A model generated the notes under the pieces. That model did no database searches, was not told where the DNA came from, and worked only from the letters and a program-made list of their open reading frames with translations. A program made the translations under genes and the position numbers. Of a DNA stretch of 64,000 nt, positions 51,727 to 62,187 are shown piece after piece. Origin of the DNA: an uncultured Planctomycetaceae bacterium (lineage in GTDB: Bacteria > Planctomycetota > Planctomycetia > Isosphaerales > Isosphaeraceae); contig CAWIAD010000002.1 of the NCBI GenBank assembly GCA_963833985.1, forward strand, positions 6,176,001 through 6,240,000, read 5' to 3'. The stretch's first letter is position 1; every line of letters starts with the position of its first letter.

Positions 51727-53337
51727 ATGAGCAGTGCGGTCCTGACCTCGAGAGCGAGCAGCCGCCCCGCCATCAGCCAGTGGCTGGTCGCCGTGGCCGT
51801 GGTCATCCCGACCTTCATGGAGGTGCTGGACACGACGATCGCCAATGTCTCGCTACGGTATATTGCCGGCGGCCTGTCGGCGACGAACGTGGACAGCGAG
51901 TGGGTGCTCACCAGCTACCTTGCGGCCAATGCCACGATCCTGCCCATCTCCGGCTGGCTGTCGGCCCATCTCGGACGCCGCCGCTACTTTCTGATGTCGA
52001 TCGCCATCTTCACCATCGCCTCGGGTCTTTGCGGCCTGGCGGGTAGCCTGTGGCAACTGATCCTCTTCCGGGTGATCCAGGGGCTTGCCGGAGGCGGTCT
52101 CCAGCCCTCCAGCCAGGGCGTTCTGCTCGACGCGTTCCCGGCCGAGAAACAGGGCGCCGCACAGACGATGTTCGGCGTGGCGGCCTTGCTGGCCCCGGTC
52201 GTCGGCCCCACACTGGGCGGCTATCTCACGGTCACCTACAACTGGCGCTGGATCTTCTACATCAACCTGCCGGTGGGTGCCATCGGCTTCGTGGCGTCTT
52301 ACCTGCTGGTCAAGGACCCGGAATACCTCGAGAAGGAGCGGGCAGCGCTGCGCCGCCGGCCGCTGAACTTCGACTACGTCGGCCTGGGACTGCTCGTCCT
52401 GATCATGTCGAGCTGGGAAGTGATGCTCAGCAAGGGACAGGAGTGGGACTGGTACAACGACCCGTTCTGGCGCGTGCAGACACTCTTTGTTCTGTTCGTC
52501 TTCGGGCTGGCAAGCTTGATCTTTTACGAGCTGCGGGTCGCGAACCCGGTGGTCGATTTCCGGCCGCTGGGCGAGCGGAACTTCGCGGCATGCTGCATCA
52601 TCATTTTCTGTGCCTACGGCGTGCTCTACGGCGCCAGCACTTCCTTGCCGGGCCTGCTCCAGTCGCTCTTTGGGTACGACGCGTACGTCTCCGGCCTGGT
52701 GCAATCGCCCTCAGGCATCTTTTCAATCATGGGGCTGGTGGTCGTGGGATCGCTCATCGGGCGCGGCATCGACGCGCGCTGGTTGATTGCCTGCGGCCTG
52801 CTGATCATGGCGGCCGGCAACTACTGGATGGCCATGATGAACATTGATATCAGTCCCTTTCAGGTGGTCTGGCCGAGGGTCGTGCTGATCGTCGGCCTGT
52901 CGATGATCTTCGTGTCCATCAACGTTGCCGCGTTCCGGTACACGCCCAGCCACCTGCGCGGGGCAGCGGTCGGACTGATGGCACTGCTTCGCAATGAGGG
53001 GGGAAGCGTCGGCACATCGATGGCCCAGACCATAGCGCAGCGGCGCGACCAGTTCCATACCGCGCGTGTCGGTGAGTTCCTCGATCCGTTCAATCCGAAC
53101 CTGAACGACTTCGCGGAGCGGGGCCGGGCGTACTTCTTCAACCAGACGGGCGACCCGGCCGGAGCCCAGCAGATGACGTGGCAGGCACTCGAAGATCTCC
53201 GCCAGCAGCAGGCCTCTGCACTCGCCTACTTCGACGATTTCTGGCTGTTCGCCGTCCTGGCCTTGCTGCTGCTCGGCCTGATACCGCTCATGAAGCGATC
53301 GGTGGCGGAGAAAGGTGAGCACATCGGGGCGGAGTAG
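51727..53337 (+). CDS. EmrB/QacA DHA2 MFS efflux transporter
   Basis: MEVLDTTIANV, GPTLGG..WRWIFYINLPVG. Confidence 0.94.
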   Translation: MSSAVLTSRASSRPAISQWLVAVAVVIPTFMEVLDTTIANVSLRYIAGGLSATNVDSEWVLTSYLAANATILPISGWLSAHLGRRRYFLMSIAIFTIASGLCGLAGSLWQLILFRVIQGLAGGGLQPSSQGVLLDAFPAEKQGAAQTMFGVAALLAPVVGPTLGGYLTVTYNWRWIFYINLPVGAIGFVASYLLVKDPEYLEKERAALRRRPLNFDYVGLGLLVLIMSSWEVMLSKGQEWDWYNDPFWRVQTLFVLFVFGLASLIFYELRVANPVVDFRPLGERNFAACCIIIFCAYGVLYGASTSLPGLLQSLFGYDAYVSGLVQSPSGIFSIMGLVVVGSLIGRGIDARWLIACGLLIMAAGNYWMAMMNIDISPFQVVWPRVVLIVGLSMIFVSINVAAFRYTPSHLRGAAVGLMALLRNEGGSVGTSMAQTIAQRRDQFHTARVGEFLDPFNPNLNDFAERGRAYFFNQTGDPAGAQQMTWQALEDLRQQQASALAYFDDFWLFAVLALLLLGLIPLMKRSVAEKGEHIGAE

Positions 53338-53394
53338 TTTTGCGAGTGGAAAGAGTATCAAGCCGTCCGCACTCCGGCCAATTTCCGGGCTTGC

Positions 53395-54183
53395 TCAGCT
53401 CGCCTCGAGGACGGACCGCCAGCGCCTGGGTACGGAATCGAAGGCAATCTGGTAGGTTTCCTCGAGCGGTACGGGCACGTATTGGTCCACGTCAAGGTAG
53501 AGAGGCATGTCGATGAGCCTCTCGCCCACGCAGACCGGCTCGACATAAGCGCGCACGAGGGTTCCCGCCTCGTAGGCGGCCAGCGTGAGCGGCTTGTCCG
53601 CGGGGCGTTCGTAATCCTGGCCGGCAAACTCGTCCCAGATCGCGCCGTGGATGCCCTGCCGATCGCGTGCGGTCGGCGGCTGGAGATCGAGGATCAGGAG
53701 GTGGATCTGGTGGCTGAGGAACTCCGCGGCCTTGCGGACGAAATCTTCAAAAGCCTTGCGATCGGCCTTGTTGCCTCGCGACACGACCTCGACGATGGCC
53801 ACCAGTTCATCGCCGGAAAGGTGGCGCACAGCCACGACGTTCTGTTTACGACGATAGAACTCGTGGTCGGTCTCGGCCGTCACATGCACCTGCGGCCGCG
53901 CTGTGAGTAATCCTCCCCCAGCCGGGCCGTTTCCGTTGCCATGACTGGAATCTCGCCTCATCGCCGTTTGTGCCGGGCCATCCGCGGATGCACTGGTTTC
54001 ATCTCTGGTCCTGGTTCGTGTCAGGACATCCGGTACAAATCTGGCTCCTTGCTGCTCGGCGAGGGCATAGTAGTCGCTCGGAAGTATTCGCTGATTCAGC
54101 ACGTTGGCAATGGCACCGACCCACGCTTGACGGAAGTGATGAAAGATCCCCGCGTCGACTCGTGTCCAGTCGTGGATTGGCAT
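53395..54183 (-). CDS. DUF4058-like PD-(D/E)XK-fold protein
   Basis: MPIHDWTRVDAGIFHHF, EVVSRGNK, VPLEETY. Confidence 0.8.
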   Translation of the reverse strand: MPIHDWTRVDAGIFHHFRQAWVGAIANVLNQRILPSDYYALAEQQGARFVPDVLTRTRTRDETSASADGPAQTAMRRDSSHGNGNGPAGGGLLTARPQVHVTAETDHEFYRRKQNVVAVRHLSGDELVAIVEVVSRGNKADRKAFEDFVRKAAEFLSHQIHLLILDLQPPTARDRQGIHGAIWDEFAGQDYERPADKPLTLAAYEAGTLVRAYVEPVCVGERLIDMPLYLDVDQYVPVPLEETYQIAFDSVPRRWRSVLEAS

Positions 54184-54315
54184 CGTCGTGCTCTGGCCTC
54201 CGCGTGAAGCTGCCATTCGATTTCGCCCTTCTATCATAGCGGCAGGCGGGTGGGCTCACCACGCACGCCGGTCAACGGCGAACCGGAAGTTCAGCAGAGG
54301 CGACCGATCAACGTC

Positions 54316-56361
54316 TTATCGCAATCCGGCCCCGATGGGCCGGCCGGCCGAGCCGGCGGGCCGGGTGTCCAGGTTCCGGCGGTTGTTCCGTTTCGTGCTC
54401 CTCGGCAGCCTGGGCAGTGGCGAGCGGATCGGTCCATCGTAAACGTACTCGATCTGACCATTGTCGTGGATGTTCAGCTCGACGCTCATGCCCGGCTTCA
54501 GGGACATGAATTCGTGGGCAGCCTCCGCGTTGTTCGTGAACACCTTGACCACGTAGCCGGCGGGTTCCTTGAAAAGGTATTCAAGTCCTGGGCCCTGTGG
54601 AAGGAGCTGATCGTTCACCGTGATGCGCAGCTCGGGATTCGTCCAGTGAAGGACGATGAGTCCCTTCGCCTTCCTGATACCCAGTAGGTCCGGGATCGGA
54701 GGCAGGTTCCAGGTTGACCAGGCCGCCCGCGCGATGAGAAGAAGACCGGCCAGGACCACGATCAGGACGCCCACGCGCTCGATCCACCCGCGGCGCCGCC
54801 TGGGTGGCTTGGCCGGGCCGACGTCGTCCAGGAGAGCAATCCGCGGAGCGGCCGTTGCCGTCAGTTCCGAATTCGGGTTCGTGCCGCGCTGGCGCCGCGC
54901 CAGGTGCCTGCCGAGCACATCGACGACTTCCGCCGCCGTCTGATAGCGATCATTCGGGTCCTTCTCCAGCAGCCGGTCAATGATCCGCGACAGCCATTCG
55001 GGCACCTCGGGGTTGATCTCGCGGATCGGCCGGTGGGTGTCGTCGCAAACCCGTTTCAGTACGCCGAGCGTGGTCGAGGCCCGGAACGGCGAACGGCCGG
55101 TGCACATGGCATAGAGCACCGCGCCCAGGCTGAAGAGATCGGCGCGGTGGCCGATCGTCTCGCAGCGTGCCTGTTCGGGCGCCATGAACAGAGGAGTGCC
55201 GGCGACCACGCCGCTTTGCGTCAGGCTGGCGTCGTCGACGGCGCGTGCCAGGCCGAAGTCGCTGATCTTTACCCGCTCCACGCAGTTTTCCAGCAGGATG
55301 TTGGCGGGCTTGATATCGCGGTGAACCAGGCCCTGGGCGTGCGCCGCGGCCAGGCCCGTGGCGGTCTGCATGCCGATGCGCAAGATGGAGTTCAGGTCCA
55401 GCGGCGCGGAGCGCTCGATGCGCGCCTGGAGCGAGATGCCCGGGATGAATTCCATCACCAGGTAGGGCAGGCCCTTCCACTCGTCCACGGAGTGAATCGC
55501 CACGACGTGCTCGTTGCGGATGGCGGCCGCGGCACGGGCCTCGCGAGCGAACCGCTGCCGCGCCGGGCCGCTGGCGGCGAGCTGGGGCGCCAGGATCTTG
55601 ATCGCGACGGCCCGGTGCAGGGAGGGATCGAAGGCCTTCAAGACGATGCCCATGCCCCCCTGCCCCAGCAGTTCCAGCACATGATAGGGTCCCAGCTTGC
55701 CAAGCTCACCCGGCGTGTCGGAGGGATCAAGGAAGCTGAGCTCGATGGCGGAAACGGTCGCGCCGGGTCCGGCTGGCTCAGCCTCCGGCTCCGGCTCGAT
55801 CTCGTCCTTGAGCGCGCCCATGACGCGCTTCAGTCCCGGGGATTCGCCGGTTCGACCCTGCCGCAGGTTCCTCATTTCTTCGGGCCACGCGTCATCGCCC
55901 GCAGCCAGCGTATCGAGCTTCGACTGGCAAGCATGACAGCGCTCCAGGTGCTTTTCCAGGCTCTGTCTTTCGCGCTCGGAGATCGAGCCGTCGAGCAATT
56001 GCTCGAGCCGGGCGGGGTCCGGGCAGGCGGCCGGCCGCGGCTTCGGCTGGGGATCGAATCCCCAGCAGAGTGCATAGTAGATGGCCCCGCACGCAGAGCA
56101 CGTCTCGACATGATGATCGACAAGCTCGGCGGCGTGAGGACTGAGAGACCCGTCCAGGTATCCCCGCAGCACCGCCATGTCGGGGCAGCCGATCTCCCGC
56201 GGGTTGCCGTTGGCGTCATGGGTCAGCGCCTCGAGCCTTTCCTGACAGGACCCGCAACAAGAGACGTGGTACTCGACGACCTGCCGACGATGCTCGGAGA
56301 TCGAGCCATCGAGCAATTGCAGGAGCAGCTTCTCTCTGGGGCACGCGTGCTTTCGTCTCAT
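54316..56361 (-). CDS. Membrane Ser/Thr kinase with three N-terminal zf-HC2-like domains
   Basis: GQGGMG, VAIK, HRDIKPAN, DFGLA, GTPLFMAPE; 3x HxxxCxxC. Confidence 0.92.
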   Translation of the reverse strand: MRRKHACPREKLLLQLLDGSISEHRRQVVEYHVSCCGSCQERLEALTHDANGNPREIGCPDMAVLRGYLDGSLSPHAAELVDHHVETCSACGAIYYALCWGFDPQPKPRPAACPDPARLEQLLDGSISERERQSLEKHLERCHACQSKLDTLAAGDDAWPEEMRNLRQGRTGESPGLKRVMGALKDEIEPEPEAEPAGPGATVSAIELSFLDPSDTPGELGKLGPYHVLELLGQGGMGIVLKAFDPSLHRAVAIKILAPQLAASGPARQRFAREARAAAAIRNEHVVAIHSVDEWKGLPYLVMEFIPGISLQARIERSAPLDLNSILRIGMQTATGLAAAHAQGLVHRDIKPANILLENCVERVKISDFGLARAVDDASLTQSGVVAGTPLFMAPEQARCETIGHRADLFSLGAVLYAMCTGRSPFRASTTLGVLKRVCDDTHRPIREINPEVPEWLSRIIDRLLEKDPNDRYQTAAEVVDVLGRHLARRQRGTNPNSELTATAAPRIALLDDVGPAKPPRRRRGWIERVGVLIVVLAGLLLIARAAWSTWNLPPIPDLLGIRKAKGLIVLHWTNPELRITVNDQLLPQGPGLEYLFKEPAGYVVKVFTNNAEAAHEFMSLKPGMSVELNIHDNGQIEYVYDGPIRSPLPRLPRSTKRNNRRNLDTRPAGSAGRPIGAGLR

Positions 56362-56379
56362 TGCGGTACACTCCGGCAA

Positions 56380-56971
56380 TCAGTCATCCAGCAACTGGCG
56401 GACCTGTTCTTTGATCTGGCCGAGCACCCGGCTCCTGGCGATGTACACGGCCCCCACGGACATCTTCAGACTGGCCGCGACGACCTTGGCCGGCGCGCCC
56501 TCCACGGCTGTTCGCCAGAAAGCCTGCCAGGTTGCTTCCTCGAAGCTGTTGCGAACCTGCTCGGCAGCGTAAGAAAGCACGCGCCTCTGGTAGTCCCGAT
56601 CCCAGGCGGCAGACTCGTCGTCATGGGCCGGTCGGGCCTCAAGCCAGGCGGCCACTGACGCATCACCGGTGGCCTGCGGCAGCCGCTTGCGGGCCTCGAA
56701 ATAGCTGTTCAGTGCATTCCGCGTCACGGTGTAGAGCCAGCCCCGAAACGTTCCCCTGGCGGGATCGTAATCAAGCCGTCCGACCGCGCCGGCAACCGAG
56801 CGCAAGACTTCCTGGGTCAGGTCGGCCGCGTCGCAATCCTGAAGCCCGCGGCGCCGCGGTTTCATACACCAGGGGCGCATAGATCTCCACGAACTGGCCC
56901 CAGGCCTGCCGATCACGGTGATCCTTGATGCGGACCAGCAAGCTCGGTCTTGTGGCGTCGGACGGGTTCAT
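56380..56971 (-). pseudogene. ECF sigma factor (kinase-associated type), frameshifted at ~56858
   Basis: TRPSLLVRI...AWGQFVEIYAPLVY | RRRGLQDCDAADLTQEV...FRGWL...AVYIARSRV. Confidence 0.85.
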
Positions 56972-57178
56972 TGCTGTTGCATCCCCTGACAGTTCTTACC
57001 GGCGCCAGAGCAGGACCTTTCACGATTTTCCCGGCCTATCGAGATTCGCTTTCTTTCCCGTCACCGTCGCCCGCTCCGGAGGCTGGGGTAGCCGCGACTT
57101 CACGAAAGCGTATCCTGGCGTGGGCCGTGAGGCGAGTTCACGCAGACGACAGGTCGCAAAACTTCAAAGGAGACAGGG

Positions 57179-57643
57179 ATGCCCGACCGGCGGTCGCTCG
57201 ATTTTCAGAGCATGGAGCAGATCTTGCCTGAGGTGGAGTGCTTGCTCCAGGGACATCAGACGACCGGTCAATGGACGCTCGCGCAGATTCTCTATCATCT
57301 GGCAACCGCGATCCGGCTGTCGAGTTCAGGACATTTCCGGAGACCGGCCGGCCCCGGTGTCGCGGCTCTCAAGCAGCGCTTCTTCAGCACCCGGAAGTTC
57401 CGTGACGGAGCCCCCGTTCCGGTGCCGGCCCTGATGCCGCCAGCCGATGCCGAGCTCGAGCACCAGGCCGAGGCATTGCGCACCGCGATTGCGGGGTTCC
57501 GGGACGCCGACGGCCCGTTTCCCGATCATCCGATCCTCGGCGCTCTCACCCGGGACGACTGGTGCACGTTTCATTGCATCCACGCGGCGCATCACCTGAG
57601 TTACGCCATGCCTTCCCCGGAGACGGCGGAGCGACAGGTCTGA
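57179..57643 (+). CDS. DUF1569 (DinB-like) protein
   Basis: WTLAQILYHL, HPILGALTRDDW..H..HHLS. Confidence 0.85.
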   Translation: MPDRRSLDFQSMEQILPEVECLLQGHQTTGQWTLAQILYHLATAIRLSSSGHFRRPAGPGVAALKQRFFSTRKFRDGAPVPVPALMPPADAELEHQAEALRTAIAGFRDADGPFPDHPILGALTRDDWCTFHCIHAAHHLSYAMPSPETAERQV

Positions 57644-57721
57644 CGGTCTGCTGGCGGGCACGGAGGGCGCGGGGGGCGGCGGGAACCGGGCCGAGGCTCT
57701 GCATTGCAGCCGCCCGATCGA

Positions 57722-57955
57722 TCACCAGCCCAGGCTGGGCCGCAGGCCGATGAGATACTGCACCACCAGCAGGATGATGACATAGCCTGTCACGCGCAGC
57801 ACCATCTGGGAGAGATTGCCGATGATTCGCGCGTAGTCGCGGCAGGTCTGCAAGGCGGCGACGCCACTTCGCAGTGCGATGATCGACCCCACTGCCAGCA
57901 GCGCGAGGATCGGGCCGAACACCAAGAATCCCTGGAACACCCTGGCCGGACTCAT
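57722..57955 (-). CDS. Small two-TM membrane protein
   Basis: Two hydrophobic helices. Confidence 0.5.
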   Translation of the reverse strand: MSPARVFQGFLVFGPILALLAVGSIIALRSGVAALQTCRDYARIIGNLSQMVLRVTGYVIILLVVQYLIGLRPSLGW

Positions 57956-58175
57956 CTTGGGTCGGACCCCCGAACCTGGAACCTGAAGGCTCAGGCCTGT
58001 GCCTGGGCACCACGCGGGCCGTACGGATTCCGCCGCCGTTCGGTCGGCTGCACTCACGCCCTGCCCGGATTAAAGACTAGATGCCAGAAGCCGTCGAGGG
58101 GAAAAAAGAGTCAAGTATTGAACGTGCGAAGAGTCTTTGATTCCCAATTGTACGGGCCGGGCAAGGCAGGGCCCA

Positions 58176-59016
58176 TCAGCCGGTACCCTCAGCGCTCGGG
58201 ACGTGCGCGAGAATGTCCTCCTCGGGCAACGCAAAGAGTCGACGAGCGTTCATCGTGGTCTGGCTGGCAAGCTGGGCCGGTGAAAGCCCGATGGCGCCGG
58301 CCAGCAACTCGACGGTCCAGGCAAGATGAGCGGGTTGGTTGGGCCGCCCTCGCACCGGCTGGGGGCTGAGGTAAGGACTGTCGGTTTCGACGAGCAGCCG
58401 GTCCAGCGGAACGGTCCCCGCGACCGCGCAACGCGTCCAGTGATTTATTGGAGAACGTCACCATACCGGCAAATGAGATGTGCAATCCCAGTGCCAAGAA
58501 CTCGGCCGCATGATCGGCGGTACCGGTGAAGGAGTGCAGGACTCCGCGTATGGGCCGTCCCTGGTGCCGGAGCTGCCCGATCAGGTCGGCCTCGCAACCA
58601 CGGCAGTGGATCACGACCGGAAGTGCGCGCTCGTGGGCCAGGGCCAGGTGGCGATCGAACCAGTCCTGCTGGTCGGTGAAGGGCGTGTGATCCCAGTAAC
58701 GGTCCAGGCCGGTCTCGCCGAGGGCGACCACGTGGGGCTGCTGCGCCAGCTCGCGTATGCGGTCCCAGTCGCCGGCCTGCGCCTCGGAGACGTGATTGGG
58801 TTGTACCCCCACGGCCGCGAAGACTCCCGGGTGCCGCGCAGCGATCTGGAGCACGGTGGCACTGTCGGCGGCCGTGGTGCCGATGGCCACGATCTGGACC
58901 ACGCCGGCAGCCACGGCGCGCTGGATGACACCCGGCAGATCGTGCTGTAGCCTATGGTCCTCCAGGTGTGCGTGGGTGTCCACCAGCGGACTGTGGCAGG
59001 GAACCCGAGGCGTCAT
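58176..59016 (-). pseudogene. tatD: TatD-family DNase, frameshifted at ~58428
   Basis: DTHAHL, GETGLD, IHCR, HSFTG | LLVETDSPYL...NARRLF in the second frame. Confidence 0.88.
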
Positions 59017-59558
59017 CCCTGGATCTCTGGTTTGCCCGGCCCGGACGCCGGGACCCGTTCGGCCGCGGCCGGACCATCACCGGCATGGCGGACCGCCGGC
59101 ATGCTCTCCCCATCGTGGTAGCCCAGCAGCTCCAGCCGGTAGCCCGTGATGTGGAAGCCTTGCCGCTCGAGTTCGGCCTCGAGCCGGGGATCAAGCTTGG
59201 AGACCAGCGCGGGATCGAACTGGGTGGGAAGGTCGTAAACCTCGCCTGTACGCAGGCAGCGAAAGTGGTAATGCTGCTCGCTGCGAGCGTCGTACCGGGC
59301 CGAGCCTGTCCCGTCGGTTCCGGTCAACCGCGTTGCCGCTCCGATGGCGACGAGGGCTTCCAGCGCCTTGTAGACCGTCGCCAGGCTGATCCTGGGAAGG
59401 GTTCGCCGCACCGCATGGAAAACGTCTTCGGCTGTGGGGTGGGAGAGCTCCTGACTGAGCTGGTCGTAGACCGCGAGCCGTTGCGTGGTGCAACGCAGCC
59501 CTGCCGACTCGAGAGCCGTGCGGACGGCGTCGTGATGGAGCAGGGCGGGATTCGACAC
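59013..59558 (-). CDS. Fur/PerR-family transcriptional regulator
   Basis: TTQRLAV, HPTAEDVF, ISLATVYKAL, HYHFRC; GTG start inferred. Confidence 0.88.
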   Translation of the reverse strand: MSNPALLHHDAVRTALESAGLRCTTQRLAVYDQLSQELSHPTAEDVFHAVRRTLPRISLATVYKALEALVAIGAATRLTGTDGTGSARYDARSEQHYHFRCLRTGEVYDLPTQFDPALVSKLDPRLEAELERQGFHITGYRLELLGYHDGESMPAVRHAGDGPAAAERVPASGPGKPEIQG

Positions 59559-59853
59559 GCCGGCGCGATCCTTTCCTGGGAACCCGGCGACCACAGCTTG
59601 CTGCGCGTGCCCGGCGGCAGCCAGAGCACAATGGCGGGGTCGGACCTCGTATCTGATCAGGGCTGTTCGGTCTTCCCAGTCATGCGCCTCATCCAGCCCG
59701 CGGCCCGGCCCAGCCCCGCAAGCGAGGTTTGCCCCCGCTCCCGGGCCCGGAGCAGGCCACAACGACCTCGCTTCCCATCAAGAAGAGGGTCCGCGCGGAG
59801 TTGCGGGCCACGCAACGGAAGAGGAAACGGCCTTGCTTCTATTGTTCGGACGC

Positions 59854-59882
59854 TTGACAGCCCTGTCAACTCCCTATAAATT
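59854..59882 (+). promoter_or_regulatory. Putative sigma70 promoter of nusA-infB
   Basis: TTGACA-N17-TAAATT. Confidence 0.6.
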
Positions 59883-60160
59883 ATGACATTAGCTGGGATT
59901 GTCGGACACTCTTTCGTGGTTCCGGCTGGAGGGGCTTGGCTCTCTCTTCGGGCCTGGTCGGGCCGTGCGGCCGATCTCGCCGGGGAGGTTCCAGGGAGGC
60001 GTTGCTCTGCTCGATGGCATCGCGGCAAGTAGACCGAGCCCCGCCTGCTCGACCGGGCGCGGCTCGGCGTCGTTTCAGGACGTATCGAATCCGTCTGGCC
60101 GCGATTGCTCCTGCGGGTTGATCATCGAGTAAGCCATCGAGTACGCCTCGGAGGGATGGG

Positions 60161-61912
60161 ATGAGCGTTGACCTGGTCCGGATCGTGGACAGCATTCACC
60201 GGGACAAGAACATCCCCAAGGAGATCTTGTTCGACGGCATCCAGTCGGCGCTCACGACCGCGGCTCGCAAGCACTATCCCGACGCTGGCGACATCGAGGT
60301 CCACATCGACCGCGACACCGGTGCCATCGCCGCCACCAAGGATGGCGTGAAGATGGACCCCGCGGAGCTGGGACGGATCTCGGCCCAGACGGCCAAGCAG
60401 GTGATCATCCAGAAGATCCGCGAAGCGGAGCGCGATAGCCTCTTCGACGAATTCGAGGAGCAGCGTGCCGACCTGGTCACCGGCACCGTGCAACGCTTTG
60501 AAGGGGGAGCGGTCATTGTCAATCTGGGCAAGACCGACGGCATCCTGCCGCGGGGTGAGCAGATCCCCGGCGAGAGCTACCACCCCAACGAGCGCATCCG
60601 TGCCATCATTCTTGATGTCCGCAAGGTCGGCCAGCGGGTGAAGATCATCCTCAGCCGCACGCATCCGGACTTCGTGCGCCGGCTGTTCGAGCTGGAGATC
60701 CCCGAGATCGCCGACCAGATCATCGCGATCCGGGCGCTGGCACGCGAGGCCGGCTATCGCTCCAAGGTCGCGGTCACGTCGATCGATACCAAGATTGACG
60801 CCGTGGGTGCCTGCGTCGGCGTGCGCGGCACGCGTATCAAGAATATCGTCGACGAGCTGGGCGGCGAGCGCATCGATATCGTTCGCTGGAACGAGTCGCT
60901 CCTGGTGCTCATCCCCAACGCGCTGCAACCCGCCGAGATTGACGAGGTGATGCTCTGCCACATGCTCGGCCGCGCCATCGTGCTGGTGCGCGACGATCAG
61001 CTCTCGCTGGCCATCGGCCGGCGCGGCCAGAACGTCCGGCTGGCCTCCAAGCTGGTCGGTTGGGACATCGAGATCATGACCGCCGAAGAGCTGGACGAGG
61101 TCATCGACAAGGCGGTCAAGGCCTTCGAGAAGATCGAAGGGGTCGAGACCGAGCTGGCCGAGCGGCTCGTCGAGCAGGGAATCCTCAGCTATGACGACCT
61201 GTCGGTCATGGAAATCACGGACCTGGTGAACACGATCGAAGGATTGACCGAGGAGCAAGCAACGGAAATTGTGACCAGAGCGGAAGTTCTGGCGGAAGAG
61301 CTGGCCGAGGAGCTGCCTCGGCGGAAGGGTGGCCGGGCCGCCGCGGCGCTCCTGGAGGGATCTTCGCGGAGCGACGGCGATGGAGCGGCCGGCGGCAGCG
61401 ACCAGCCAGCCGACGAGGAACCGCGCCCGACCGATGGGGAAGACGACGGCGGAGCTGCCCCGGACGGATCCGAAGAACGCCTTCCCGCAGACGACGAGAG
61501 TACCACGGAGGCCATCCTCGGCGATTCAGCCGGCATCCACCGTTCGGCCTTGCCTTCCGAACAGGACGATGCGGCCGGGGACGACTTGGCGACCGACGAG
61601 AATACCGATTCGGAGGGAGACGAGGCGAGCGACGACGAGATCCACGACCTGGCCCTGGCGGCGGAGACCTCCGGGTTCTCGCCCCATGGCCACGAGGTAA
61701 CTTCGCAGCCCGGCGACGACGATCAGGGAGCGGCCATTCGCATCGTGACCGATGCTGTCGAGCTGGGCGAGACCTCGAGTTCGTACACTCCGGCTGCTCC
61801 GCCTACCGCCGAGCCAGCCGGGCAGGTCCGACCGGGCCCGTCCGCAGAGGCGGACGGAGCAGAAACACGTGGATCTCAGGAACCAGAGCCGCAAGCCGGC
61901 AATCCGTCGTAG
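60161..61912 (+). CDS. nusA: Transcription termination/antitermination factor NusA with long acidic tail
   Basis: [39 protein letters not shown]. Confidence 0.97.
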   Translation: MSVDLVRIVDSIHRDKNIPKEILFDGIQSALTTAARKHYPDAGDIEVHIDRDTGAIAATKDGVKMDPAELGRISAQTAKQVIIQKIREAERDSLFDEFEEQRADLVTGTVQRFEGGAVIVNLGKTDGILPRGEQIPGESYHPNERIRAIILDVRKVGQRVKIILSRTHPDFVRRLFELEIPEIADQIIAIRALAREAGYRSKVAVTSIDTKIDAVGACVGVRGTRIKNIVDELGGERIDIVRWNESLLVLIPNALQPAEIDEVMLCHMLGRAIVLVRDDQLSLAIGRRGQNVRLASKLVGWDIEIMTAEELDEVIDKAVKAFEKIEGVETELAERLVEQGILSYDDLSVMEITDLVNTIEGLTEEQATEIVTRAEVLAEELAEELPRRKGGRAAAALLEGSSRSDGDGAAGGSDQPADEEPRPTDGEDDGGAAPDGSEERLPADDESTTEAILGDSAGIHRSALPSEQDDAAGDDLATDENTDSEGDEASDDEIHDLALAAETSGFSPHGHEVTSQPGDDDQGAAIRIVTDAVELGETSSSYTPAAPPTAEPAGQVRPGPSAEADGAETRGSQEPEPQAGNPS

Positions 61913-62187
61913 CCCGAGCGTGCCGTACGCCCCCCCAGGGCGCTGCCCCGCGGCAGCCGGCACGCGAAACAGCGCCCCTGAGGAGTTCCGGGAAACGGAA
62001 TACGGAATCTTGATCCGAGCCAGCTTCCCTGTTCTCCGCTCCGGACACACTGGAATCAAGCCGGCTTCATGCCGCGTACGTCCCTGCAAACCCGACGCGC
62101 GAGCGTGAAAGACCCAAAAATTCTCAACTTATGATCGGGTTGCGGAAGTCCGCGGCCAGCCGGAGATCGCTCCGGGAGGAGTTGCCT

